This document shows positions 27,248-36,884 of a stretch of DNA of 45,213 bases, piece after piece. The position numbers and the translations under genes are program-made. The DNA comes from Planctomycetota bacterium (lineage in GTDB: Bacteria; Planctomycetota; SZUA-567; H5-PLA8): positions 1 to 45,213 of the forward strand of contig JBBRPR010000066.1 of the NCBI GenBank assembly GCA_038227875.1, in the 5' to 3' direction. Numbering within the stretch: position 1 is the stretch's first letter; every line of letters starts with the position of its first letter. Under the pieces are notes generated by a model, which did not search any database, was not told where the DNA came from, and was given only the letters and a program-made list of their open reading frames with translations.

Positions 27248-27943
27248 CTAATTGATTGCCGTCAATCGATCTTGAAAGGCTGCACTGCGATCCGTCATAT
27301 TAATTGTGAGGATTCCGCCAGTCGGGCCTGGATTTAAGATTAGAGATTGCCTGCCGGAGTATTCGTGTTTCGACTTCACTCCAAATAAGTGATGAACGTG
27401 CCCTTGTATAACGACAATCGGACTAAGCTCCTCAATTGTAGTCCGAACGCAGTCATAAGCAGCGTTATTCGCAGGGCTCGAGTCGGCAAGAAAATCGCCA
27501 ATCTTTGCGGGGTAGTGGGATAAAACGATGCAGGCGTCATCGCTACTGAGAGTACTTCGCGCTTTCTGGACAATAGTGTCGCATACTTTTGCCAGATCGC
27601 ATTCCTTTGGAGTGTCACCGTAGGACCGGCCAGAATATCCAACCCCCACAACAAAAAGGTGAGGAGCTACTTCGACTATACACCCTGAAATGTCATGTCC
27701 GCATTGGGCGATCAACGAGGCGGCGGCGTCTCCGTAATCATGGTTCCCCCGCACTAGATAAACTGGAATGGTGCGTTTCTTGGACCAAGCGAGAAGCTTC
27801 TTCTCAGATGCGATCCATGGTCCATCGAGTCCGTAGTTGCAAAAATCGCCACCGTGCAACCAAGCCACGACACCGTGCTCATCAACAACCGGTGGCGCGA
27901 TACCATGAGTATCGGAAAAACAAATGAACTTCACTGTGCTCAT
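27248..27943 (-). CDS. Calcineurin-like metallophosphoesterase
   Basis: SDTHG, GGD, RGNHD, SHYP, GHVH. Confidence 0.88.
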   Translation of the reverse strand: MSTVKFICFSDTHGIAPPVVDEHGVVAWLHGGDFCNYGLDGPWIASEKKLLAWSKKRTIPVYLVRGNHDYGDAAASLIAQCGHDISGCIVEVAPHLFVVGVGYSGRSYGDTPKECDLAKVCDTIVQKARSTLSSDDACIVLSHYPAKIGDFLADSSPANNAAYDCVRTTIEELSPIVVIQGHVHHLFGVKSKHEYSGRQSLILNPGPTGGILTINMTDRSAAFQDRLTAIN

Positions 27944-28233
27944 GAATTATCCGCTTCGCCGAGATAAAATGTCGTCTGGATCTATCCTATCCGAATTCGT
28001 TGCTTCCGGAAGGATTCGTTGCGGTACTCGTGAAGTACATCCATGTCATATTACGTGGTAAGTTGAGACGCGGAGATTAAATGCGCCCGGATCAAAGACG
28101 CCGTGCGACGGTAATTTTAATCAGTTGCGTCGGCGTTGTATTTGCCGCGTTGGGCACGCTAGACGACGCCGTTGCTCACCAAAGGTGAGGCGTGTTCGAG
28201 CGGGCCTTTCTGGACGAGCGAACGCTCGCCCAC

Positions 28234-28299
28234 GAGTTTCTTGTTCGCTGTGCTCACCCACCCGAATTCTTCGAATTCGGGTGGGCCACCCCTCGCGGG
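28234..28299. repeat. REP-like element, copy 2
   Basis: GAGTTTCTTGTT, hairpin CCCACCCGAATTC/GAATTCGGGTGGG, then CCACCCCTCGCGGG. Confidence 0.65.
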
Positions 28300-28326
28300 G
28301 ATTGGCGCGAATCCCGAATCCCGGCG

Positions 28327-29703
28327 CTACTGCCGCTCCGACTTCTCGATCGCTTCTTTCAGCTTCGCCGGATCCATGGCGGGGATTTCGGAGAGGGTTT
28401 TGACGTCCAGGGCGTAGGTCTTCACCGGGGTTTCGCTTTTCACGGGGCCGGAGACGAGCGTCAGTTCAATGCTCTCGGCGCTGCGGGCGGCGGCGGTGAT
28501 GGCGGTGTAGAGGCGGTAGACTTCGTCGGTCAGCGGTGCGCCGGTTTCGGTGTTCTGACTCACGCGCGTGGCGGAGGCGGCGTCGGTGCCGAGCGTCAGC
28601 TTCACGGTGCTGCCGTCGATCTTGACGGCGCGCACGAAGGGCTGGTGCGTGTCCATCGTCAGCGAACCGAATTTCGCAATGAGGCTCAGCAGCAGATCGT
28701 GTTCGGGCTGCGAGAGTTTGCCGTACGTCGTCGCGATCCAGTCGTCGACTCGGGCGTTGAGTCTGGCGATCAGCGCTTTTTCCAGCGGGCCGGGGACGCC
28801 GGCGTTGTTCTTCATCGCGTCGAGTTCCACGCCGCCGATGTAGCGGCGCGCTTCCATCACGCAGCCTTGTTCGAGCAGGTGGTTGACCTGCGCTTCTTCC
28901 GCGGCGGCGACGTGTTGGGTCTGCGCGGAGGCGATGTGCGTGCGCACCCAGACCAGGCCGTACGTGGAGCCGAGCAAAAACGTCAACCCTGCGGCGATGG
29001 CGCTTAAGCGCGCGGTGCCAGAGAGTGTGAAGCCGACGGCGCCGGTCAGGATCGCGATGACCGAGAGCGCGGCGACGACCATCAGCACCTGGCCGGGAAT
29101 GAAGACGGCGGCGATGCCCAGCGCGAGAATGATGGCCCCGCCGACGATCAGCAGCGTCTTCGGGCTGAGTTTGATGACGTTGGCTTTGTTGCGGCGGCCT
29201 TTGACGCAGTTGACGCACAGCAGCATGCCTTCGAGGAGAATGCTGGTGCCTTGAAGGGTGCTCTGCGGTCCCAGGATTTTTCCGCAGGACGTACAGTTCC
29301 ATTTCCCACTGGTGCCGCTGGCCGCGCCGGGCTGAGCGGGCAGCTTCGTGCTGGTGGAAGACGACGGCCGCAGCGGATTCATCGCGGGGATCGAGAAGTT
29401 GCCGGTGGGGCTCATGCGCCCGGACGTACGCGCGGGGGAAATCGGAGCGGGGGCGGGGGTAAGGGGCGGACGCACGCTGCCCGGAGCGGTCGGCAGCGTC
29501 GGCTTAACGGTGGACAGCCGCGCGCTGTTGCGGCGGGTTTCCGCGAATTGGCGTGCGCGCTCGGCGCTGCTCAACGGCGCCGGTAACGGCACCTTCAACA
29601 AGTTCGGCGGAGTTTTGGTCGCGTCGTTCTCGGTTCGCATTTCTTTCGTGCTCCCGTCGTCCGGTCTTCCCGGCTGGTCCTGACTGCCCGTCGCCATCAT
29701 CAT
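28327..29703 (-). CDS. Hypothetical membrane protein: Pro-rich N-terminus, CxxC...CxxC zinc finger, about 3 TM helices, C-terminal domain
   Basis: CTSCG...CVNC; hydrophobic stretch; starts 1 nt after the stop of the preceding gene. Confidence 0.75.
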   Translation of the reverse strand: MMMATGSQDQPGRPDDGSTKEMRTENDATKTPPNLLKVPLPAPLSSAERARQFAETRRNSARLSTVKPTLPTAPGSVRPPLTPAPAPISPARTSGRMSPTGNFSIPAMNPLRPSSSTSTKLPAQPGAASGTSGKWNCTSCGKILGPQSTLQGTSILLEGMLLCVNCVKGRRNKANVIKLSPKTLLIVGGAIILALGIAAVFIPGQVLMVVAALSVIAILTGAVGFTLSGTARLSAIAAGLTFLLGSTYGLVWVRTHIASAQTQHVAAAEEAQVNHLLEQGCVMEARRYIGGVELDAMKNNAGVPGPLEKALIARLNARVDDWIATTYGKLSQPEHDLLLSLIAKFGSLTMDTHQPFVRAVKIDGSTVKLTLGTDAASATRVSQNTETGAPLTDEVYRLYTAITAAARSAESIELTLVSGPVKSETPVKTYALDVKTLSEIPAMDPAKLKEAIEKSERQ

Positions 29704-29704
29704 C

Positions 29705-32700
29705 CTATTGCTGATTGCCCTGATTCACGCACCAGATGGAACGGATCAGTACCCGTTTTTGCGTCTGTGTCGTGCCGGTGTAAATGGCGCTGGGCGTGCG
29801 GCCCGACGGATCGCCATTGGGTGGAACTTGATGAATGTCGCAACCGCGCGAATTGGGGTTGCCGGCGTCCGGGCCGCTCCAGTCGGTGATCGCGGTCAGA
29901 TTCGTGTTCTGCGGATCGAAGGGCTTGCCCGAGACGTTGGGCGGCGAGAGGTACGTGTCGGTGGCATTGCGCTGCATGCCCCATTCGTTCTGCAGGCGCG
30001 TGCCGACTTCGTCGTAATTGCGGCTCTTGAGGAACGTGCAGTTAAAATCCATCGAGGCCAGGTAGCGCGGCTGCGCGGCGCCGCCGTTGTTGGGGTCGGG
30101 ATTGTTAGCGTCCGGCGACGAATCCAGCGCGTTGGCCACCGGGTTCCAGAGGCGCGCGGTCTTGCGACTCATTGGCATTTCGTTCTTGTAGTATTCCCAG
30201 TAGGGGTTCTGCGCTCTGGTCGAGGAATCGGTCTCTTTCAGCACATCCGGCGCGAGTTCCAGCACCACGCCCCACTGATTCCAGGCCACCGGGCGGTGGA
30301 GATCGAAATTCGTGGGATTGGCGCGCACGCTGTCGCCGTCAACGAGCTGCGCGTTGATGATCAGGATGTAATTGGTGGTCGTCGTGGTCAGTTCCGTCGA
30401 GAAACAATCGGGCGAGAAGACGCGCTGGCGTTCGGCGATTTTCAACGGCAGCGCCGGGAGCGCGCCGGGGAGCGACGAGGGCTGCGTCAGGAAATCCAGC
30501 CACGGCCCGGCGGGATCGCGCGGGTTGAATCCGGAAGCGAGCGACGGGTAGTACGTTGCGGCGCTGGCCTTGTTGAAGCTGGCGGCGTTGCGCGGATCGT
30601 ACGGGGACGCGCAATAATCTTTGCCCTTCGCGGAGATGCTCATGGGATTGCCGAAGTGGTCGGTCATCGCCACTTCGCCCCCGGCGGGGAACGACCCGGC
30701 CCAGCGCGAGGCCATCAGCAGTTGCGGATTGTCGCCCCACCAGCCCTGTGTGTTGTTGTTGGCGTAGTGGGAGAGCGAACCGTCGAGATACTTGAACGCC
30801 GGATCGATGGCGTAGAGATCGTCGACGTCTTCCATGCGCGAGACGCCGAGCTTCCACAGTTCGTAGAGCGGATCGCCGCAGCCGTCGGCTCCGGAAGCGG
30901 CGGCGGCGTTGGCATCGGTGTAGGGACGGCAGGCGGCGAAGCGGGCGATGTCCTTGGGCTTGCCCGGCACGACGTTGTCGTAGCAGGCGGCGGCGGTGCG
31001 CATGTCGAGCTTGCCCTGCTTGATCTGCGGCACACCCGATTTGTCGAAGCTGACGCAGCCGTCGGTCTTGTCGGGCCCGAACATCGCCGGATAACCGGCC
31101 GGCAAAGTCGGCGCGGGAGCCGGGCCGACGAACGCGGGGTTGATGTTGTTCTGGGACATCGCGTAGAGATCGTCGCTGACCCAGGTGCGGAAAGTGCTGA
31201 GATCAGTGTTGAAGCGCGTCTTGCTGTAATCGTTAACGGGGCAGTAGTGCTTCACCGGAAATGTGGCGTCGGTTCCGTAGACGCCTGCGTAGGTTCCCGG
31301 ATCGGCCGGAATGTACGGACCATACGGCGCGCCGCCGTGGAGCAGCGCGTTGGGATAGTACTGCGGAAACTTGCGCAGTTCGAAGTAGTGATTGTACGAG
31401 GCCGTGAAGTAGCGGCAGAGCGTCTCCTGATACTGGTAAGCGAGCTTGGTCTTCAGCTGCTCGACCTGCATTTTCTCGGCGGTGCTCAGCGAGGGCCATT
31501 CGGCCTGCGCGTGCTTCCACTGCGGCGGCGCGGAGGTGGTGCTCCAGAACCAGCCGACCTTGACGATGCGGCGGAGCGATTCGATGTTCCAGACGCTTTC
31601 CATCGTGAAGGAATTCGGGCCGTAGGAGTAATCGTAGTAGTAGCCCATCGGCAGGAATTCGCCGCAGTTGTAGCAGGTGTTGACGTTGATCGGGCTGCGG
31701 CCGGTGTCGGGATCGGAGTAGGCCTTGGTCACGAAGCCGGTCATGTACGTGTATTGATTGCCAATGCCCAGTCCAGCCACCACGCCGGTGCAGCCGCCGG
31801 TGTCCGGCGGATCGACGGGGTAGTAATTCTGCGAACCTTTGTAGACGTACGACGCGGGGTGGAAGGCGTTCCAGAACGACGACGCCGGATAGTAGCCGCT
31901 CGACGGCAGAATCGCATGCATGCAGGACATGTCCGGCCCAAACATCGACATCCACGTCGAGTTGGTCGTGGTCCAGTTGTAGGAGACTTCGTTGTCGACT
32001 GGTTCGCCGTGGCTGTAGGTCCAGTCGATGTAGCGGGTGGTGCGGGTGGCGGCGCGCCAGGCATCGTCGTAGCGGATCGGGCAGAGCGTGCTGGCCGAAC
32101 CGCCGCCGGTGTCGCGGCGTTCGCGGCACTGTTCCATGTACGTCTGCCAGCCGGAGTACATTTGCATGCCGTAGGCGTCCATGATCATGTGGCTCATTTG
32201 CGCCTGCGAGGGCATGCAGTCGTCGTTCCAGTCGTTGATGTTGAGGAACGCGTTGGTATCGACGATCTGGACCATGAAGCGCGCGTACAAACCGCCGCCG
32301 GGAATCGTGTCGGCCGGCATGTAGACCCACTGTGATTCGGTGGTGTTGGGCGTGAGCTGATTGAACGGGCGGTTGTACGTCCAGCCTTTGTAGAGCCACT
32401 TCGAGATGCAGTTGTTGAGCAGGTACTGTTCGTTGGGGCGGTACCACCAGTTGGCCGGGCCGACCGCCGTGAAGGAGACCGGCTTGGTGGCGTCGATGTG
32501 ATCGGTGTTGTCCATGGTGTCGGCGGAGATCGACGCGGCCGACCAGTCGATCGCGGACTGGACGAGGTTGACGATGTCGCCCTTGTTGCGCTGTTCGTTG
32601 ACGGCCTGAACTTCGCCGCGCGTGAACGAGAGGAAGCCGACGCAGATCGTCAGCAGCACGGCCAGCAGGCCGATGACGACGAGCATCAGAAAGCCGCCTG

Positions 32701-32746
32701 TGCGCGCGGGCGGAGCGGTCATTTTCGTTCGATTCATCCAACCCAT
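29705..32746 (-). CDS. Large PilX/GspK-like minor pseudopilin, 1013 aa
   Basis: RTGG|FLMLVVIGLLAVLL prepilin-like N-terminus without E5; INVNT motif; Tyr/Trp/Pro/Asn-rich. Confidence 0.75.
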   Translation of the reverse strand: MGWMNRTKMTAPPARTGGFLMLVVIGLLAVLLTICVGFLSFTRGEVQAVNEQRNKGDIVNLVQSAIDWSAASISADTMDNTDHIDATKPVSFTAVGPANWWYRPNEQYLLNNCISKWLYKGWTYNRPFNQLTPNTTESQWVYMPADTIPGGGLYARFMVQIVDTNAFLNINDWNDDCMPSQAQMSHMIMDAYGMQMYSGWQTYMEQCRERRDTGGGSASTLCPIRYDDAWRAATRTTRYIDWTYSHGEPVDNEVSYNWTTTNSTWMSMFGPDMSCMHAILPSSGYYPASSFWNAFHPASYVYKGSQNYYPVDPPDTGGCTGVVAGLGIGNQYTYMTGFVTKAYSDPDTGRSPINVNTCYNCGEFLPMGYYYDYSYGPNSFTMESVWNIESLRRIVKVGWFWSTTSAPPQWKHAQAEWPSLSTAEKMQVEQLKTKLAYQYQETLCRYFTASYNHYFELRKFPQYYPNALLHGGAPYGPYIPADPGTYAGVYGTDATFPVKHYCPVNDYSKTRFNTDLSTFRTWVSDDLYAMSQNNINPAFVGPAPAPTLPAGYPAMFGPDKTDGCVSFDKSGVPQIKQGKLDMRTAAACYDNVVPGKPKDIARFAACRPYTDANAAAASGADGCGDPLYELWKLGVSRMEDVDDLYAIDPAFKYLDGSLSHYANNNTQGWWGDNPQLLMASRWAGSFPAGGEVAMTDHFGNPMSISAKGKDYCASPYDPRNAASFNKASAATYYPSLASGFNPRDPAGPWLDFLTQPSSLPGALPALPLKIAERQRVFSPDCFSTELTTTTTNYILIINAQLVDGDSVRANPTNFDLHRPVAWNQWGVVLELAPDVLKETDSSTRAQNPYWEYYKNEMPMSRKTARLWNPVANALDSSPDANNPDPNNGGAAQPRYLASMDFNCTFLKSRNYDEVGTRLQNEWGMQRNATDTYLSPPNVSGKPFDPQNTNLTAITDWSGPDAGNPNSRGCDIHQVPPNGDPSGRTPSAIYTGTTQTQKRVLIRSIWCVNQGNQQ

Positions 32747-32798
32747 CGCGGCCTCGATTCAAAACTGCACTGGCTGCTCTCGAAAATTCTGACGTTCA

Positions 32799-34004
32799 CT
32801 ACGGCCAGTTGTAAGGCTTGACGCCGTCGTACAGGATCGTCGTCGTTTCACTGTTGCGCGACATGTCGTTGGAGGACGGATTGGCGAACGAGTTGTCGCC
32901 CTGGAACGACGCCGGCAGCTTGGGCATGTACTTCGTGCGGTTGTAGATCGCCGGGGTGTAACTGCCGAGCGCGGCGGTGTAGTAGGCGGTGTCCTGTGCA
33001 TCGGATTTCACGCCGCCGGGACCGGTGCCGGTGGGCAGATGGATCAGCCGGCAGAGCGTCACGGTGCTGCGCTTGTCGCGGTCGCAGACGGTGATCGTGA
33101 CACGCACGGCCTTGGGCATTGGCCAGAAGTAGACGACGTCGTTGTCGGGAACATCGGTGAACTGGCGCGCCGTGTCGTCCCAGTAGGAGACCGCGAGATC
33201 GAGCACCTTGAACTGGCCCAGGCGCCGCTGGCGGTTGTCGCCGACGTCGCCTTTGTAGTAATCGGGCATGCGCGCTTCCTTGCCGGGGCCGAGCGCATCG
33301 GGAATGGCGTCGTAGTGCGTGATGATGTTGCCGCCGCTGCCGCGGAACTGGTCGCCGACGGAGTAGAAGACGAACGCCATTTCCACCTGGCTGACGTCGG
33401 CGAGCTGTCCGGGGCGGTTCCAGCGGTTGCCGGCGTTGTCGGATTCGTAGTCGGCGCTTTCGATCTTGTGCTGGTAGATGAGCGTCGAACGCATCGACGC
33501 GCGCCAGGCTTCCGGGTAGGCGATTAGGCCGCAGGGGTATTGCAGCGGGAACGATTTTCCGCCCGGAAACTGCGTGTAGAGATTGGCGCCCGCGCCGCCT
33601 GCGCCGCCGCCTTCCAGGCGCACGTAGTCCAGCGCATCGGAAAAACGCCGCGACTGCGCGTAAGCCAGGCTGGCAGTGTCGGTGATGCCGGGCGTGAGCG
33701 GCGGCGTGGGGCTGACCGGCGTGAACGTATCGGTGTCCAGCCAGGACGTGCGCTTGAGCGACCAGCGGCCGCCGCGTTCGTTGGCGACGGAGAGCTTTAA
33801 TTCGGATTCGATCAGATCCAGAACGTTGCGCGCGGCTTCGTACACGGCCAGCTTGCGCTCCACGACCTGGACGGTGCGCGTCGAGAGCCGGAAGATCGGC
33901 GCGATCATGGTCATCAGCAGCAGGCTGACGGTGAGGACGACCATCATCTCCACCAGGGTGAAGCCGCGACGAGCCGAATTGTAGTGCGCTGTTGGCATGA
34001 TCAA
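32799..34004 (-). CDS. Prepilin-type protein (PilW/GspJ-like)
   Basis: RRG|FTLVEMMVVL; C-terminal PKAVRVTITV. Confidence 0.85.
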   Translation of the reverse strand: MIMPTAHYNSARRGFTLVEMMVVLTVSLLLMTMIAPIFRLSTRTVQVVERKLAVYEAARNVLDLIESELKLSVANERGGRWSLKRTSWLDTDTFTPVSPTPPLTPGITDTASLAYAQSRRFSDALDYVRLEGGGAGGAGANLYTQFPGGKSFPLQYPCGLIAYPEAWRASMRSTLIYQHKIESADYESDNAGNRWNRPGQLADVSQVEMAFVFYSVGDQFRGSGGNIITHYDAIPDALGPGKEARMPDYYKGDVGDNRQRRLGQFKVLDLAVSYWDDTARQFTDVPDNDVVYFWPMPKAVRVTITVCDRDKRSTVTLCRLIHLPTGTGPGGVKSDAQDTAYYTAALGSYTPAIYNRTKYMPKLPASFQGDNSFANPSSNDMSRNSETTTILYDGVKPYNWP

Positions 34005-34014
34005 CGGGCGTCCC

Positions 34015-34608
34015 TTACAGCTTGCCGTAGGAGAAAAAGAGCTGCGTGAATTTCATTTCCCGCGATGTGGTTTTCATGCGAATGGAGACCGAGACGCGCG
34101 AGAGCTTCAATTTGCCCTGCGTCTTGACGACCACCGGAAAGTAGTAGCCGTTTTGCGGCTGCGGGCCGGTGCCAGGATTGGTCACGTTGTCGACCAGTTC
34201 CGATTCGACCTTCCACTCGTAGCGCTGGATGTCGTCGAAGTACTGGTAGGGCGCGCCGGGGACGGAAGCGAAATCGCGCCAGGGCGCACCGTCGAGCGTG
34301 TTGAACGGTTCCTGCTGCCCCGCGACGTACGAGCCGCTACCGGGCAGGTACGCGCTGCCGGATTGCAGATCCACAGCCGGGTCGACGCGGTCGCGGCGGA
34401 ACTCCGCGAACTTTGAATTCGACAGGTGAATCGCCGCGTCCTGGAAAATCACCCACGTCGCGGAGTTGACGCCCGTCGGCAACGCCGCCAGCACGCCGAG
34501 AATGCCCACCACAAAAATAAACATCGCCAGCAGCACTTCCAGGAGTGTCAAGCCGCGCCGTTGATGGAAATGTGATGCCTTCATCTGCTTTCCACTTTCT
34601 ACTTTCAC
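34015..34608 (-). CDS. Prepilin-type protein (PilV/GspI-like)
   Basis: RRG|LTLLEVLLAMFIFVVGILGVLAALP; start could be a few codons later. Confidence 0.85.
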   Translation of the reverse strand: MKVESGKQMKASHFHQRRGLTLLEVLLAMFIFVVGILGVLAALPTGVNSATWVIFQDAAIHLSNSKFAEFRRDRVDPAVDLQSGSAYLPGSGSYVAGQQEPFNTLDGAPWRDFASVPGAPYQYFDDIQRYEWKVESELVDNVTNPGTGPQPQNGYYFPVVVKTQGKLKLSRVSVSIRMKTTSREMKFTQLFFSYGKL

Positions 34609-34622
34609 GTCTCAAATGTCCG

Positions 34623-35438
34623 TTACTGGTCGATGTACTTCGACAGGTCCGAATTCTTCGTGACCGTGTGCAAGGCTCCCGACGGACCGTACACGCCGGT
34701 GAGCTGATAGGGGAGAATGCGCGGCTTGGACGAGATCAGCCATTCGCCGACCCAGATCAACTGGTGTTCCCCGGTGACTTCATCGAAGACCAGGAGCGTG
34801 TAGTAGGAATTCAGGCCGTCGTACCAGCCGGGCATCGAGCCGATTTTCGAGAAGGTGACGTTGTGGCGCTTCAATTCGCCGTCGGCTGAACGCTGGTAGT
34901 TGGCGGACGGTCCCCAGCCGAACGTGACTTTGATCGGCGAGGTGCTCGTGCGCTTGAACAGTCCGGCAAGGACGCGGATGCCGCCGGGCAGCGGTTCGGA
35001 GACCGGCGAGAGGCAGCGGTCGAGCGTCTCGTACGGATACCACGCGGGGATGCTCCAGGACAACGGGTAGTACGGTCCGTCGTTGGCGCCGACGCCGTCG
35101 ATGCTGCCGTTGGTTTTCACTGTCCACATTTGCACGGAATTGTTCGGCGGCAGCACGCCGGGCGTGGGCGCAACCGGGCAGTGCGTGATGTCGTCGCCGA
35201 AGTAGACGGTGACCATGCGGCGGGAGTTGATTGCTTCCTGCCGCGCGCGGTACAACTGCGCCATCACCACCGAACACGCCTGCTGCAATTTGGAACTGCG
35301 ATCGGTGTGCATCAGGCTGGGAACCGCCATGATCGTCAGCAGTGCGGTGATGAACAACACCAGCAGCAGTTCGATCAGCGTAAAGCCGGAGGCGCGGCCT
35401 GAGCGGTCGATGCGGAAGAGCTGGCCAGACCTGTTCAA
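34623..35438 (-). CDS. Prepilin-type protein (FimT/GspH-like)
   Basis: ASG|FTLIELLLVL...ARQEAI; TTG start after AGAGG chosen, ORF track starts at 35651. Confidence 0.82.
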   Translation of the reverse strand: MNRSGQLFRIDRSGRASGFTLIELLLVLFITALLTIMAVPSLMHTDRSSKLQQACSVVMAQLYRARQEAINSRRMVTVYFGDDITHCPVAPTPGVLPPNNSVQMWTVKTNGSIDGVGANDGPYYPLSWSIPAWYPYETLDRCLSPVSEPLPGGIRVLAGLFKRTSTSPIKVTFGWGPSANYQRSADGELKRHNVTFSKIGSMPGWYDGLNSYYTLLVFDEVTGEHQLIWVGEWLISSKPRILPYQLTGVYGPSGALHTVTKNSDLSKYIDQ

Positions 35439-35640
35439 GGGCGTACCTCTAGGGTGCTGCAGATCTGTCCGGGTTTCGACGCAGACTGCGAATGAATTAG
35501 TGTGAAGTAAGTGCCGCTCCGGATGACTGCACGCGCAGGTAGCGGCTCCGACGAGCGGCACATTCGCATCAAAGAGGAGGGTTTTCAATAAGATAGTTTT
35601 TCGTTGGCACGAGTGTATCCCATTTGTATACTTATGTGTC

Positions 35641-36732
35641 ATGGGTAACATCGAGACCGTACGCTACCGCCAGATCGCCTCCCAAATCTCGGACCGGTTG
35701 AAACGAGAGGAATGGAAACTGGGCGCACAGTTGCCGTCATTGCGGCAATTTGCAGCGGAGTACGACGTCAGCCTGAAGACGATGCAGCGTGTCTTTAAAC
35801 TGCTGCGTACGGAAGGCCGCATCCGCGCGCGGCCGCGCCGCCGCTCCAGCGCGGGAATCGGCGCACCGGCGCTTTCAATCCTGGAAAACAGCATCGCGCT
35901 GGTGCTCAGCCAGGAATTCAACAACGTCCTCATCAGCGAAACCGGCGCGAACGTGGTCTTGCGCGGCTTGACGCGCGGACTGCGGTCGCGAAGCACGGTG
36001 ATCGTGTTGCACGGGTTGCGCTGGCGGCAGGAATTTCCTGCAGGACTGCGCGACTTGCCATTGCTGGGAATCCTGCTCTTCGGACCGTTCAAATATGACA
36101 TTCTTCGGCTCTACGAAGACCTCGGCGTGCCCGCAGTGCTCGTGGACCAGCCGCCGCAGACGTTGAAGCTTCATGCTGTCTCTTTGGATAACTACAATCT
36201 GGCGCGCGATGCGACACTGCGCATGATTGAAGCCGGGCACCGTCGCATTGCGTTTCTGCGGTCGGTGATTTCGTCCATGCGCGACATCGATCCGGACGTG
36301 CGCGAACGCGAGCGCGGATTTCTCGACGCCTGCAAAACGATGGGCCTGAAGTTTCCGCAGGTGCGCGTGTACACCACCTCCACGCTGCCGAGCACCAACA
36401 CGATTCGACAGATGCTGCAGAGCGAACCGCGGTTGACGGCGGTGTTCGCGGCCGACTCGGGTCTTGCGCAGGCCACGGCGCGGATGGCCAAGACCTGCAA
36501 GATTCAAGTCCCGCGCGATCTGAGCATCGTGACGCTGCGCGTCCACGGAGCGATGAAACAAAACTTTTCAGGGCCTGAAATTGACTTCATCCGTCTGGGC
36601 GTGACCGCGTACGAAATCCTGCGCCGCAATCCGCCCAAGCCGACGCAGATTCGCATCAAGGCGCCGTGGAAAAACGGGGACACACTGGTCCGTCCACATG
36701 TTCTACCTGCGCTGAAAAAGGGAAAAGGGTAG
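35641..36732 (+). CDS. GntR-HTH / LacI-type regulator, divergent from the pilin cassette
   Basis: QLPSLRQFAAEYDVSLKT; LDNY, GHRRIAF, VPRDLSI. Confidence 0.85.
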   Translation: MGNIETVRYRQIASQISDRLKREEWKLGAQLPSLRQFAAEYDVSLKTMQRVFKLLRTEGRIRARPRRRSSAGIGAPALSILENSIALVLSQEFNNVLISETGANVVLRGLTRGLRSRSTVIVLHGLRWRQEFPAGLRDLPLLGILLFGPFKYDILRLYEDLGVPAVLVDQPPQTLKLHAVSLDNYNLARDATLRMIEAGHRRIAFLRSVISSMRDIDPDVRERERGFLDACKTMGLKFPQVRVYTTSTLPSTNTIRQMLQSEPRLTAVFAADSGLAQATARMAKTCKIQVPRDLSIVTLRVHGAMKQNFSGPEIDFIRLGVTAYEILRRNPPKPTQIRIKAPWKNGDTLVRPHVLPALKKGKG

Positions 36733-36884
36733 CGTATCCAGCGCACGAGTGCACAAGATTTCGGTCTATTTGCTCATTATTATACAGCAACGTATTGAAG
36801 TCTGCTTTTCACTGTTTACCATCCTTTATTGCTTTTCCGATCACAACAACCCGCACTGACTCCGCTATTGAGTGCCGTGGGATT

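Noticed and set aside
28100..28230. Integron attC site (GTTGGGC)
   Set aside because: No matching inverse core or paired arms; no integron integrase
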